Below are positions 41,209 to 50,210 of a stretch of 64,000 nucleotides of DNA, in pieces. Under the pieces are notes generated by a model. The model made no database searches and was not told where the DNA came from. It saw only the letters and a list, made by a program, of their open reading frames with translations. The stretch's first letter is position 1, and each line of letters begins with the position of its first letter. The stretch comes from Bacilli bacterium. GTDB lineage: Bacteria > Bacillota_I > Bacilli_A > RFN20 > CAG-826. The position numbers and the translations under genes were made by a program. The stretch lies in contig JAGBLL010000110.1 of NCBI GenBank assembly GCA_017635465.1, positions 4,908 to 68,907 of the forward strand, given 5' to 3'.

Positions 41209-42162
41209 ATGAAAAAGATATTTAATACTCTTCCATTATTAACATTAACACTAACTGCTTGTTCATTAACTAACTCTAGTTCTAATTCTAGTAGCAGTGA
41301 TGCTTCATCATTAGATGTTTTAAGTTCGTCTACTCATGAAGAATCATTACCAGAAATACCTGAATTTTTAGAAGACTATTGTCTATTTTGGCATGATGAA
41401 TTTGATGGCGATACTTTAAGTGATAACTGGGAACCACAAATTGGGGACGGCACTAACTATAACGTTTATCGCTGGGGCAATAATGAAGAGCAATATTATA
41501 AAAAGGAAAACGCTACAGTCAGTGGCGGTCGTTTACACATTACCGCTAAAAAAGAAAAAACTACCTATTACACCGAAAAGGAAGAAGAAAGAACATACGA
41601 ATACACAAGTGCGCGTTTAAGAACTAAAGGTAAGATTACTACAACCTATGGTTACATTGAAGCGCGTATTAGACTTCCAGAAGGTACAGGTATGTGGCCA
41701 GCATTTTGGATGTTACCGGAAAGTAATTTTGAAGGTATGTGGTGGCCAACAAGTGGTGAAATTGACATCATGGAAGCTAAAGGTCGTTTATTAGATAAAT
41801 TTGGTGCGACTATCCATACTGGTAACGCTAATAATCAAGATTATTACAAATTCAAAGAATACACATTTTCTGATGAAGAAGATGATATTACAGCGTTCCA
41901 TAACTATGGTGTTTTATGGTCAAAAGAAGGTTTTACCTTTTATGTTGATGAAAAGCCATTCTTCTCACTCACTCCAAAAGATTATCAAAATAGAAACGAA
42001 TTATATACTGAATCAGAAAGCGCACCATTTGATCGCCCGTTCCATATCCTACTCAATTTAGCGGTTGGTGGTAACTACGATGGTGGTCGTTCACCTGAAC
42101 AAAACTTCAAACAAGCAGAAATGCTCGTGGACTATGTCCGTATCTATCAAAAGAATAAATAA
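41209..42162 (+). CDS. GH16 beta-glucanase (laminarinase/licheninase-type) lipoprotein
   Basis: Lipobox LTAC. Catalytic EIDIME motif and WPAFWML motif. Confidence 0.88.
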   Translation: MKKIFNTLPLLTLTLTACSLTNSSSNSSSSDASSLDVLSSSTHEESLPEIPEFLEDYCLFWHDEFDGDTLSDNWEPQIGDGTNYNVYRWGNNEEQYYKKENATVSGGRLHITAKKEKTTYYTEKEEERTYEYTSARLRTKGKITTTYGYIEARIRLPEGTGMWPAFWMLPESNFEGMWWPTSGEIDIMEAKGRLLDKFGATIHTGNANNQDYYKFKEYTFSDEEDDITAFHNYGVLWSKEGFTFYVDEKPFFSLTPKDYQNRNELYTESESAPFDRPFHILLNLAVGGNYDGGRSPEQNFKQAEMLVDYVRIYQKNK

Positions 42163-42164
42163 TT

Positions 42165-43481
42165 ATGAATAGAATAAATAAATCATTAATTAATATTTTT
42201 AAAGGATTAACACTCACCAGTGCTTTTTTGCTTGTTAGCTGTAACGCTGCTACTTCTTCATCAATTTATTCATATCAACCATATGTCATTGATTTAGATG
42301 GTGAATTTACTAACGATGATTATCTAACCGTTAAAGGTAATAAATTAGTTAATAAAAACAATGAAGAGATTCAATTAAAAGGCGTTAATGTCGGTGGCTT
42401 ATTTGTCACTGAAAGTTGGATGAGCGCTCCTCGTATGAGTGAAGGCAAAACTGATCATCTCACTTTAACAAACACTCTTTATCAACGTTTTGGCGAAGAA
42501 AAGACATTAAAGATTTGGTCTAGTTTTAGAGAATATTTCTGGAGTGAAGAAGATTTAGAAAACTGTGAGGAAATGGGTATTAATACCATTCGTATTCCTT
42601 TCTCCTATATGTCTTTAGATCCTGCTTTCCATAATGTTCCTAAAAAAGAAGGACAAGAATTTAATTTTGATGCCTTAGATGAATTTGTTGAAGGCTGCGC
42701 TAGATATCATATCTATGTGATATTAGATCTTCATGGAGCCTATGGCTCACATAACGGTCAAGACCATTCAGGTGAAATGCTTTATGACGTTAGTGAAGTC
42801 GACTTCTTCTATAACGAAGAAAAGCAAAATAAAACAATCCATCTTTGGGAAGAAATCGCTAAACATTATAAAGATGTTAATTCTATCGCCGCTTATGATT
42901 TATTAAATGAACCAGGTGAAAAAGCCGGTTCCACAAGTGAAAGACATTGGGCTTTTTACGATAAATTATATGATGCAATTAGAAAAGTCGATAACGATCG
43001 ACCATTAATCATGGAATCTTGTTGGGATGGGGCAAATTTACCTAGCCCAAGTATATATCAATGGAATAATGTTATTTATTCATTCCATAACTATTCAGGT
43101 ACAAGTGATGTAACCGCTAACTTGAATAGCTTTAAAAATAAGCTAAACGGTGTTTATTCTCAAACATATGATGTGCCATTCTACATGGGTGAATTCTCAT
43201 GCTATGGCAGCCATGAAAGTTGGAGAACAACATTACAATATTTAAACGATGAAAACTGGCATTGGACAAGTTGGACATATAAATTAAGCCGCTATCCAGA
43301 AGCCTATCCAGGTTGGGCAATATATTATTCCAGCATGGACTTTATCTATTTTGATAGTGATTCTTACGAAGATATCTTAGTGAAACTAACTTATTTAAAA
43401 ACAAGTTCAAAGCAAACACAAAAGATGACTTTTGAAAACGGAAACACTCTTGAGAACATTTTTAAAACTTTTTCTAAATAA
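42165..43481 (+). CDS. GH5 family glycoside hydrolase lipoprotein (exo-beta-1,3-glucanase-like)
   Basis: Lipobox LVSC. Acid/base LLNEPG and nucleophile region YMGEFS. GVNVGGLFVTESWM resembles GH5 exo-glucanases. Confidence 0.8.
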   Translation: MNRINKSLINIFKGLTLTSAFLLVSCNAATSSSIYSYQPYVIDLDGEFTNDDYLTVKGNKLVNKNNEEIQLKGVNVGGLFVTESWMSAPRMSEGKTDHLTLTNTLYQRFGEEKTLKIWSSFREYFWSEEDLENCEEMGINTIRIPFSYMSLDPAFHNVPKKEGQEFNFDALDEFVEGCARYHIYVILDLHGAYGSHNGQDHSGEMLYDVSEVDFFYNEEKQNKTIHLWEEIAKHYKDVNSIAAYDLLNEPGEKAGSTSERHWAFYDKLYDAIRKVDNDRPLIMESCWDGANLPSPSIYQWNNVIYSFHNYSGTSDVTANLNSFKNKLNGVYSQTYDVPFYMGEFSCYGSHESWRTTLQYLNDENWHWTSWTYKLSRYPEAYPGWAIYYSSMDFIYFDSDSYEDILVKLTYLKTSSKQTQKMTFENGNTLENIFKTFSK

Positions 43482-43494
43482 ATAGGAGGCATTT

Positions 43495-45666
43495 ATGAAA
43501 AAAGGAAAGAAATTTGGCGCAATTACATTATCCGCTATCGCCTTATTAACATTAGGCGTTGGTGCTTTAAGTGGTTGCAATAATGGTGGTAACAAACCAC
43601 AATCTAGTCAGCAACAAACAGTGACTTACTCGTTAACTTGGAGTATCCCAGAACACGCAAAGGTAAAAGTCGAAGGCTATGATACTTTACCAGAAACTGT
43701 TCCAGAAGATACCGCTATTGCCTTTACAATTGAAGTCGATGCTGGTTATGAAGTCGACTCAGTTAAAGCAAATAGCAAAAAGGTATCATTTAAGAATGAT
43801 AAATACACAGTAGGTGTCACCAAAGATACCACAATTACAATTGTTGTCAGTCAAGCTGTCAGCAATTTAAGAGTGGAAACAAAACCAACTAAATTATCAT
43901 ATTTAGCGGGAGAGCAAATTGATCTAACTGGTATGGTTGTTAAAGCCACATTAGGTAATGGCCAAGACGTCACAATCGAAAACAGTGAAGAAACAGGTTA
44001 TACCGTTTCTCCAAAAGTCTTTGTCGGTGGTGAAACAAGTTTTGATGTGACATATAAAAATCAAAAAGTCACAGTGCAATTAAATGAAGTAGTGCAGTTT
44101 AAAGTCGTAATCGATGCGAATGGTGGTATATTTAAACAAACATATTTAGATACCATCAGTGCGCTTAAATTAAATAACTATAGCCATAATAACGGCGTCA
44201 TTACTTTCACATATTACAATAATTTATCTTCAGCATTCCCAATGCCAAAAGCTAGTGACGTTGAAAGAGCTAATCATTCTTTAACTGGTTGGTCATATAC
44301 TGAAGCGTATATTAGCAATTCAACCGCTTCTAATGTTGACGCTAAAGCGAATTGGCAAATCGAATTAGTGGAATTATCATCTGTCCAATTAAAAGTTGAT
44401 AATAATGTTCCTTATTTAATTATTAAAGGTCAATTTAAAGCAGCGGAAGAAGTTTATCTCTATTTATATGAAGGTAACGCTAAAGTTGAATTAACAGGTG
44501 ATACATATAAAGGTACATCTGGTAGTGACTTTGAAGTTAAATTCGATTTAAGAAAATTATCTGAAAAAGGCGATGACTTTGAAGGTAAATGGATGGATAT
44601 CAGATTCAACGCTAAAGTGGGTGACAAAGAAGAAAGTATGGAAATCTTTGTTGGTGCTTCTAGTTCAATCACTGTTGATACAAGTGAAAAGATTGTTCTA
44701 GGTGGCTTCTCATATGTCTTCGCTGTCTATAACAACGCTTTAAAAGTTTACTTCCAAAAAGTTAACATCACATATGAATTACTTTGCCATTCAGAAACAG
44801 TTAATGGTGAAACAAAAGACTATTTAAGAATTACTGGTAAAACAAATAATTCAGAATATTTTGGTAAATACGCTCATGTCACTGCGTGGGGCTCAGCTGA
44901 AACAGTTGGCTATGGTGCTAACATTGATAACAATGGTAACTTCGTTATCGAATATCTATTACAAGATTTCTCTGATTTATTAAAGACAAATATCTTCTTC
45001 CATATTGGTGTTTATAAAGATAGCACAATGACTGAAACAATATGGGGTGGTACATCTCAAAACGTCTTAATTAGCAGTGTGACCACAACAATTGAAGCTT
45101 TACAAGAAAAATTAGGTGATATTCATCACGCTAATAAATATGTCGGTAGTGATGGTTTATCTTACTATGTTGGTTATGCATGGGATGGCTTAATGCTCTA
45201 TGTCGTTGATGAAAGCAATTACATTGATATTAAGGAAGTCAAAGTAGAAGAAAGACAAGGCGTTGTCTATTACGTTGCTTCTGGTAAATGCGCTGGATAC
45301 ACAAGTGAAAACTTCAAATATGGTTTCTATTTCCAACACATCAATAATCTTGATGGTTTAGGTGAAGGCGATGTTTACGATAATAACGCTGTGGATCAAA
45401 AAGCCACAGTGGATGCCTCTGGTAACTTTGAAATCGTTTGCCCAGTATCCACATTAATCACTCCAGACTTCAAAACAAGTAATGATGTTAAATGGGGTTT
45501 AATCGCTAAATATTATCTTAACGAGGCTAAAGAAGAAAAAGACCGTATTGAAATTAGAGCCAATACCGTCAGTGTTGATACAGTCACAAAAGATGGCATT
45601 AGATATAGTGTTTACGCTGGTGAAAATACCTGGACACTTGCTTGCTTAGTTCTTGAAAAGATCTAA
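43495..45666 (+). CDS. large surface lipoprotein with Ig-like (Big_3-like) and Flg_new-like modules
   Basis: Lipobox LSGC. Segment VETKPTKLSYLAGEQIDLTGMVVKATLGNGQ resembles Big_3. The remaining ~450 aa are unassigned. Confidence 0.6.
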   Translation: MKKGKKFGAITLSAIALLTLGVGALSGCNNGGNKPQSSQQQTVTYSLTWSIPEHAKVKVEGYDTLPETVPEDTAIAFTIEVDAGYEVDSVKANSKKVSFKNDKYTVGVTKDTTITIVVSQAVSNLRVETKPTKLSYLAGEQIDLTGMVVKATLGNGQDVTIENSEETGYTVSPKVFVGGETSFDVTYKNQKVTVQLNEVVQFKVVIDANGGIFKQTYLDTISALKLNNYSHNNGVITFTYYNNLSSAFPMPKASDVERANHSLTGWSYTEAYISNSTASNVDAKANWQIELVELSSVQLKVDNNVPYLIIKGQFKAAEEVYLYLYEGNAKVELTGDTYKGTSGSDFEVKFDLRKLSEKGDDFEGKWMDIRFNAKVGDKEESMEIFVGASSSITVDTSEKIVLGGFSYVFAVYNNALKVYFQKVNITYELLCHSETVNGETKDYLRITGKTNNSEYFGKYAHVTAWGSAETVGYGANIDNNGNFVIEYLLQDFSDLLKTNIFFHIGVYKDSTMTETIWGGTSQNVLISSVTTTIEALQEKLGDIHHANKYVGSDGLSYYVGYAWDGLMLYVVDESNYIDIKEVKVEERQGVVYYVASGKCAGYTSENFKYGFYFQHINNLDGLGEGDVYDNNAVDQKATVDASGNFEIVCPVSTLITPDFKTSNDVKWGLIAKYYLNEAKEEKDRIEIRANTVSVDTVTKDGIRYSVYAGENTWTLACLVLEKI

Positions 45667-45684
45667 TCATAAAGGAGAACTTTT

Positions 45685-45753
45685 ATGAAAAAAGTTGGAA
45701 AAATAATTAATTTTGCGGGTGCAGGTTTAGTCGGTGTTACGTTAACATCTTAG
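45685..45753 (+). pseudogene. orphaned signal-anchor fragment of the GH3 gene (frameshifted)
   Basis: SD aaaggag, ATG at 45685. MKKVGKIINFAGAGLVGVTLTS then TAG. The hydrophobic helix continues in the -1 frame (..NILALGVFKKTLQDF..) into the GH3 ORF. Confidence 0.65.
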
Positions 45754-45863
45754 CCTTAGGTGTCTTTAAGAAAACACTTCAAGACTTTGTCTTCGGTTAT
45801 AAATACGACGCTGCCGCACAAGAACAAAACCGTGCTTCTGGCCTTAATCTTGCTAAAGAATTA

Positions 45864-48638
45864 GTGGAAGAAGGCGTCGTCTTAGTTAAAAATGACGAAG
45901 AAACATTGCCATTAAACAAAGCCATTAATAAACAAGTTAACGTCTTTGGCTGGGGCTCAGTTTGTTGGGTACCAGGTGGTAGTGGTTCTGGCCGTGTTGT
46001 TAATCCAGAAAAGACAAGCGACTTATACGCTAAAAAAGGTTTAATTGAAGCATTAAACGACTATGGTATTGAAACAAACACTGATTTAACAAACTTCTAT
46101 AAGAGTGTGGCCACCACTAGACCAGGTTATGCTTCTGGTACATTAAATACTTATGATTATCAATTCCATCGTATTATCGAACCAGGAATCGATAGTTATA
46201 GTGATACTTTATTAGAAGACGCTGAAGACTTCTCTGATACTGCATTAGTAGTTTTATCACGTGTCTCTGGTGAATCTAGTGACGCGCCTACTGTGCAATA
46301 TTTAGGTAGTGGTTCTTCTAGTGTGCCAAATGATCCAGATAAAACATATTTAGAAGCATCTGATGAAGAATTAGAACTCTTAGAATATTGTGCGGAAACA
46401 TATGATAACGTTGTCGTTATCGTTAACTCCACAAACACAATGAAATTAGACTTTATGGATTCTATTAAAGGCTTAGATAGTTGTTTAGTGTGTGGTGCAA
46501 CTGGTATGGAAGCCGCAAGTGGTGTTGTTTCTGTTTTATATGGTGATGCTAACCCATCAGGTAAATTAGCGGACACATATGCCTACGATTTCAAAACAAA
46601 TGCTTCCTACGCTAATAGTGGTGCTCAAGGTGTTAATTCATATTTAGGCGCTTCTGGCTTATATCCAAATGATGGTACAACAAACGGTAACGTTGGTAAC
46701 AGCAGTCAAAAATATGATGCAGTTTCATATTTAGATTATGTTGAAAACATCTATGTTGGTTATAAATGGTATGAAACCGCTGATGTGGAAGGATATTGGA
46801 ATAATGTCGATAACAAATTCGGTAAAGGTTATGAAGGCGTTGTGCAATACCCATTTGGCTTTGGTTTAAGCTATACAGCATTCTCTTGGGAAGTTATCGA
46901 AACAAAGATTGCTAATAACCAAGAAATTACTGAAGATAGTGAAATCAGCGTCACAGTAAGAGTCACTAACACTGGTGAAGAAGAAGGTAAAGATGTTGTT
47001 GAATTGTATTACACTGCACCATATACCAAAAACGGTATTGAAAAATCCGCAGTTAATTTAGCGGCGTTTGCGAAAACATCGACATTAAAACCATCTTTAT
47101 TTGAAGATGTGACATTAACATTTAAAGCCCGTGATATGGCAAGTTATGACTATAACGACGCTAATAACGATGGCTTTGAAGGCTATGTCATGGAAAAAGG
47201 TGATTATCAAGTTAAGTTAATGACTGATTCTCATAACTTAAAAGAAATGAATAGTAACGTCATTACTTATAAAGTTAATAAGAACATCATCATTGATACT
47301 GATCCATACAGTGGTAACGATGTTTATAATCGTTTCACTGGTAATGATACAGAAGATGGTGTCTCTATTGACGGCAGTGATTCAGGCGCTGATATCAATT
47401 TCTTAAGTAGAGGTGCTTTTAAAGCCACCTTCCCAGAAGAAAAAGAAGATCCACGTCAAATCTCTGAATCAATTAAAAAGAACAATTTATATAACGCTGA
47501 AATGGCAATTGCCGATAACGATAGCAGTGATGTCGCTCCAACATTCGGCGCGAACAACGGCTTAAAAGTTTTTGAAAACGGTAAGGTCACAGAACTCGGC
47601 TATAAATTAGGCGCTGATTATGACGCTGATGAATGGGACGATGTCCTTGATCAATTAACCGAAGCGGAATTAAGAAGTTTAACTCTCCATGGTTATGTTA
47701 AAACCGCTGAACTCAATTCTGTTGGCAAATTAGAACACAGTAACGTTGATGGTCCAAACCAAATTGGTTCATTCAACGTTCCAAGTGCAGGAACTGCTTT
47801 CCCTAACGCCACAGTCGTTGCCCAAACATGGTCCACACGTTTAGCTTATGACTTTGGTTTAGCCTTAGGCGCTGAAGCAAAAACATTAGGTTATGAAGGT
47901 TGGTATGGTCCTGGTATCAATATTCATCGTTCCCCATTCGGTGGTCGTAACTATGAATATTTCTCAGAAGATCCAATCCTTTCTGGTTATATGTCCGCCG
48001 CGGAAGTTAAAGGTGCGAAGAATATAGGTGTCTATTGCTTCTTAAAGCACTTCGTCACTTATGAACAAGAAAGCTTAAGAGATGGTATCTCTGTTTGGTT
48101 AACTGAACAAGCTTTACGTGAAATCTATTTAAAACCATTTGAAATTGCTATCCATGAAGGTGGTGCAACTGGTGTTATGACTTCCTATGGTCGATTAGGC
48201 GCTACTTGGGCTGGTGGTAATAAAGCCTTAATCAGTGGTGTCCTTAGAGAAGAATGGGGCTTCAACGGCATGGTTTTAACTGACTATGCTGACCATCAAA
48301 AATTCATGAATGGCGATCAACAATTACGCGCTGGTGGTGACTTATGGATGGATGGTTATAGCAATAATGGTTCCTATAAATTCGATACTGCTTCTAACAC
48401 ATTCAAGCAACACTTAATACGCGCTGGTCATGATGTCTTATATGGTTGGCTCAATACTGAACTAACCGCGAAGAATTATGATCCTTCTCAAGATAAGATC
48501 TCCGTCGTCGTTGGTGAAAAAGGTGCACCAAAGACAGAATGGATTACTGGTGTCATCATCGCTGATGTGGTCATCGGTTTAGGTCTCGCAGCTTGGGTGA
48601 CATTAGTCATATTAAAGAAAGACAAAAAAGTCGCCTAA
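45864..48638 (+). CDS. GH3 beta-glucosidase with reversed (circularly permuted) domain order and a C-terminal TM anchor
   Basis: Sandwich-domain motifs come first (VVLVKNDEETLPL, SGESSDAP). Then PFGFGLSYT plus an Fn3-like segment. Then the catalytic barrel (KHF, GFNGMVLTDY nucleophile). TM helix at the C-terminus. The open frame extends upstream to 45711 without a start codon. Confidence 0.85.
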   Translation: MEEGVVLVKNDEETLPLNKAINKQVNVFGWGSVCWVPGGSGSGRVVNPEKTSDLYAKKGLIEALNDYGIETNTDLTNFYKSVATTRPGYASGTLNTYDYQFHRIIEPGIDSYSDTLLEDAEDFSDTALVVLSRVSGESSDAPTVQYLGSGSSSVPNDPDKTYLEASDEELELLEYCAETYDNVVVIVNSTNTMKLDFMDSIKGLDSCLVCGATGMEAASGVVSVLYGDANPSGKLADTYAYDFKTNASYANSGAQGVNSYLGASGLYPNDGTTNGNVGNSSQKYDAVSYLDYVENIYVGYKWYETADVEGYWNNVDNKFGKGYEGVVQYPFGFGLSYTAFSWEVIETKIANNQEITEDSEISVTVRVTNTGEEEGKDVVELYYTAPYTKNGIEKSAVNLAAFAKTSTLKPSLFEDVTLTFKARDMASYDYNDANNDGFEGYVMEKGDYQVKLMTDSHNLKEMNSNVITYKVNKNIIIDTDPYSGNDVYNRFTGNDTEDGVSIDGSDSGADINFLSRGAFKATFPEEKEDPRQISESIKKNNLYNAEMAIADNDSSDVAPTFGANNGLKVFENGKVTELGYKLGADYDADEWDDVLDQLTEAELRSLTLHGYVKTAELNSVGKLEHSNVDGPNQIGSFNVPSAGTAFPNATVVAQTWSTRLAYDFGLALGAEAKTLGYEGWYGPGINIHRSPFGGRNYEYFSEDPILSGYMSAAEVKGAKNIGVYCFLKHFVTYEQESLRDGISVWLTEQALREIYLKPFEIAIHEGGATGVMTSYGRLGATWAGGNKALISGVLREEWGFNGMVLTDYADHQKFMNGDQQLRAGGDLWMDGYSNNGSYKFDTASNTFKQHLIRAGHDVLYGWLNTELTAKNYDPSQDKISVVVGEKGAPKTEWITGVIIADVVIGLGLAAWVTLVILKKDKKVA

Positions 48639-48660
48639 TAACAAATAACAAATTTGAATT

Positions 48661-48693
48661 AGACTCACTAAATAACCTTTGGTGAGTCTTTTC
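48661..48693 (+). terminator. intrinsic terminator after the glycan locus
   Basis: agactcac-N13-gtgagtct followed by tttc. Confidence 0.55.
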
Positions 48694-48756
48694 ATATAAA
48701 TATTTATATGATTAAAAGATATATGATATAATACTTACACTCCCTTTACAGTTTTA

Positions 48757-50142
48757 ATGGTGACAAGTATGAACTTTAAAGAACTTTGTAATGGGCTATT
48801 TCAAAGTGCGTGTGTTATCTCGGTAACAAAGCACAAAGAACAAAAAGAATTTAGAATTGTTGACGGTAACGATTTATACACCAATTCGTTTAAAAGTGGA
48901 ATGTACGCGAAAAGCGAATTCGTTCCCAATAGTTTATATACAGAATATTTAGAAAAGAACTTAAATTTCGAAGAATATTCTTTTCGTGCGGCGGTCAATA
49001 AAGAGTTATTACATTCTTACGCTTATTTAGAAAACTTTAAAGCGTGGATGCATATGCTTTTCATTCCGCTTAGTTATGAAACTGATGAATTATCATATTG
49101 CATCTATATGATGGAAATTAATCAAACTCTTAATCCAGATATTCTCGCTAACCATGGTAGTGATATCTATAGTAGAGTCCTTAATACCACATTACAGTTA
49201 TCCAATACCATTGATTTCAAAACATCATTAAAAAACGTCACTAAAGAAATTAGAATGATTTGTGATGCCCTGTTTAGTTGCATCCTTCTTATTAACGAAG
49301 AAAAAAGGCATCTTACTGTCCTCGCGGAAGATGTTGAACCAAATAGTTTTGATCAATCAGCAAAACACTATTTAGATGATAAATTTTATGACATTGTTAA
49401 GTCATGGGATTCTTTGATCACTAATAATGGTAACTGCTTAATCATTAAAGATGATAAGGACATGGACTATATCAAAGAGAAGAATCCAGTATGGTTTAAA
49501 TCATTAGAAAAAGGTGGTGTTAAATCATTAGCATTGTTCATGCTTAAATCTGGTAATGACCGCATCGGCTATATGTGGGTCAGTAATTTTAAAGAATCTG
49601 ATACCCCAAAGATTAAAGATGCTTTAGAAATTACATCATTTGTTTTAGGCTCACAGATTGGTAATCATTTATTACTTGATAAATTAACAAGATTATCATC
49701 CATTGATGTACTTACTGGTTTATATAATCGTAATAGACTCAATGCCTACATGAATGAAATCTTAGAATCAGAAGACACTCCAACAGCGCTAATCTTCTCT
49801 GATATCAATGGCTTAAAGAAAGTTAATGATAAAGAAGGTCATATCGCTGGTGATAACCTCATTAGGCGCGCAGCGCACACATTAATCAGTGTCTTTACTG
49901 AAAATGAAATATATCGCGTTGGTGGTGATGAATTCGTCGTTATCATGAGAGATATTAAAGAAGAACAAGTTAAACAATATATTGAAAAACTACGTCATAA
50001 AGCGATGAAAAACGACGTCTCATTCGCTGTTGGCTATTCAATGACTAATAAATCAAAAGATATCGAAAAACTTCTTAAAGAAGCCGATATGAATATGTAT
50101 AACGATAAACGTAAATTCTACCTTCACGTGAATAAATATTAA
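48757..50142 (+). CDS. GGDEF-domain diguanylate cyclase with uncharacterised N-terminal sensor region
   Basis: C-terminal LTGLYNR...GGDEF (YRVGGDEFVV). The N-terminal ~290 aa are unassigned (GAF/PAS-like size). Alternative start at 48769. Confidence 0.82.
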   Translation: MVTSMNFKELCNGLFQSACVISVTKHKEQKEFRIVDGNDLYTNSFKSGMYAKSEFVPNSLYTEYLEKNLNFEEYSFRAAVNKELLHSYAYLENFKAWMHMLFIPLSYETDELSYCIYMMEINQTLNPDILANHGSDIYSRVLNTTLQLSNTIDFKTSLKNVTKEIRMICDALFSCILLINEEKRHLTVLAEDVEPNSFDQSAKHYLDDKFYDIVKSWDSLITNNGNCLIIKDDKDMDYIKEKNPVWFKSLEKGGVKSLALFMLKSGNDRIGYMWVSNFKESDTPKIKDALEITSFVLGSQIGNHLLLDKLTRLSSIDVLTGLYNRNRLNAYMNEILESEDTPTALIFSDINGLKKVNDKEGHIAGDNLIRRAAHTLISVFTENEIYRVGGDEFVVIMRDIKEEQVKQYIEKLRHKAMKNDVSFAVGYSMTNKSKDIEKLLKEADMNMYNDKRKFYLHVNKY

Positions 50143-50210
50143 TTTAGAAATAGATTATTAATCTATACAATGAACGAAGTAACGCTTAGAATAGAGGTAC
50201 AGGTACAATT

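Noticed and set aside
45733-45756. Programmed -1 ribosomal frameshift joining the GH3 signal anchor to the enzyme.
   Set aside because: There is no X-XXY-YYZ slippery heptamer, homopolymer run or downstream pseudoknot-like structure at the junction. A simple indel or sequencing error is more parsimonious.
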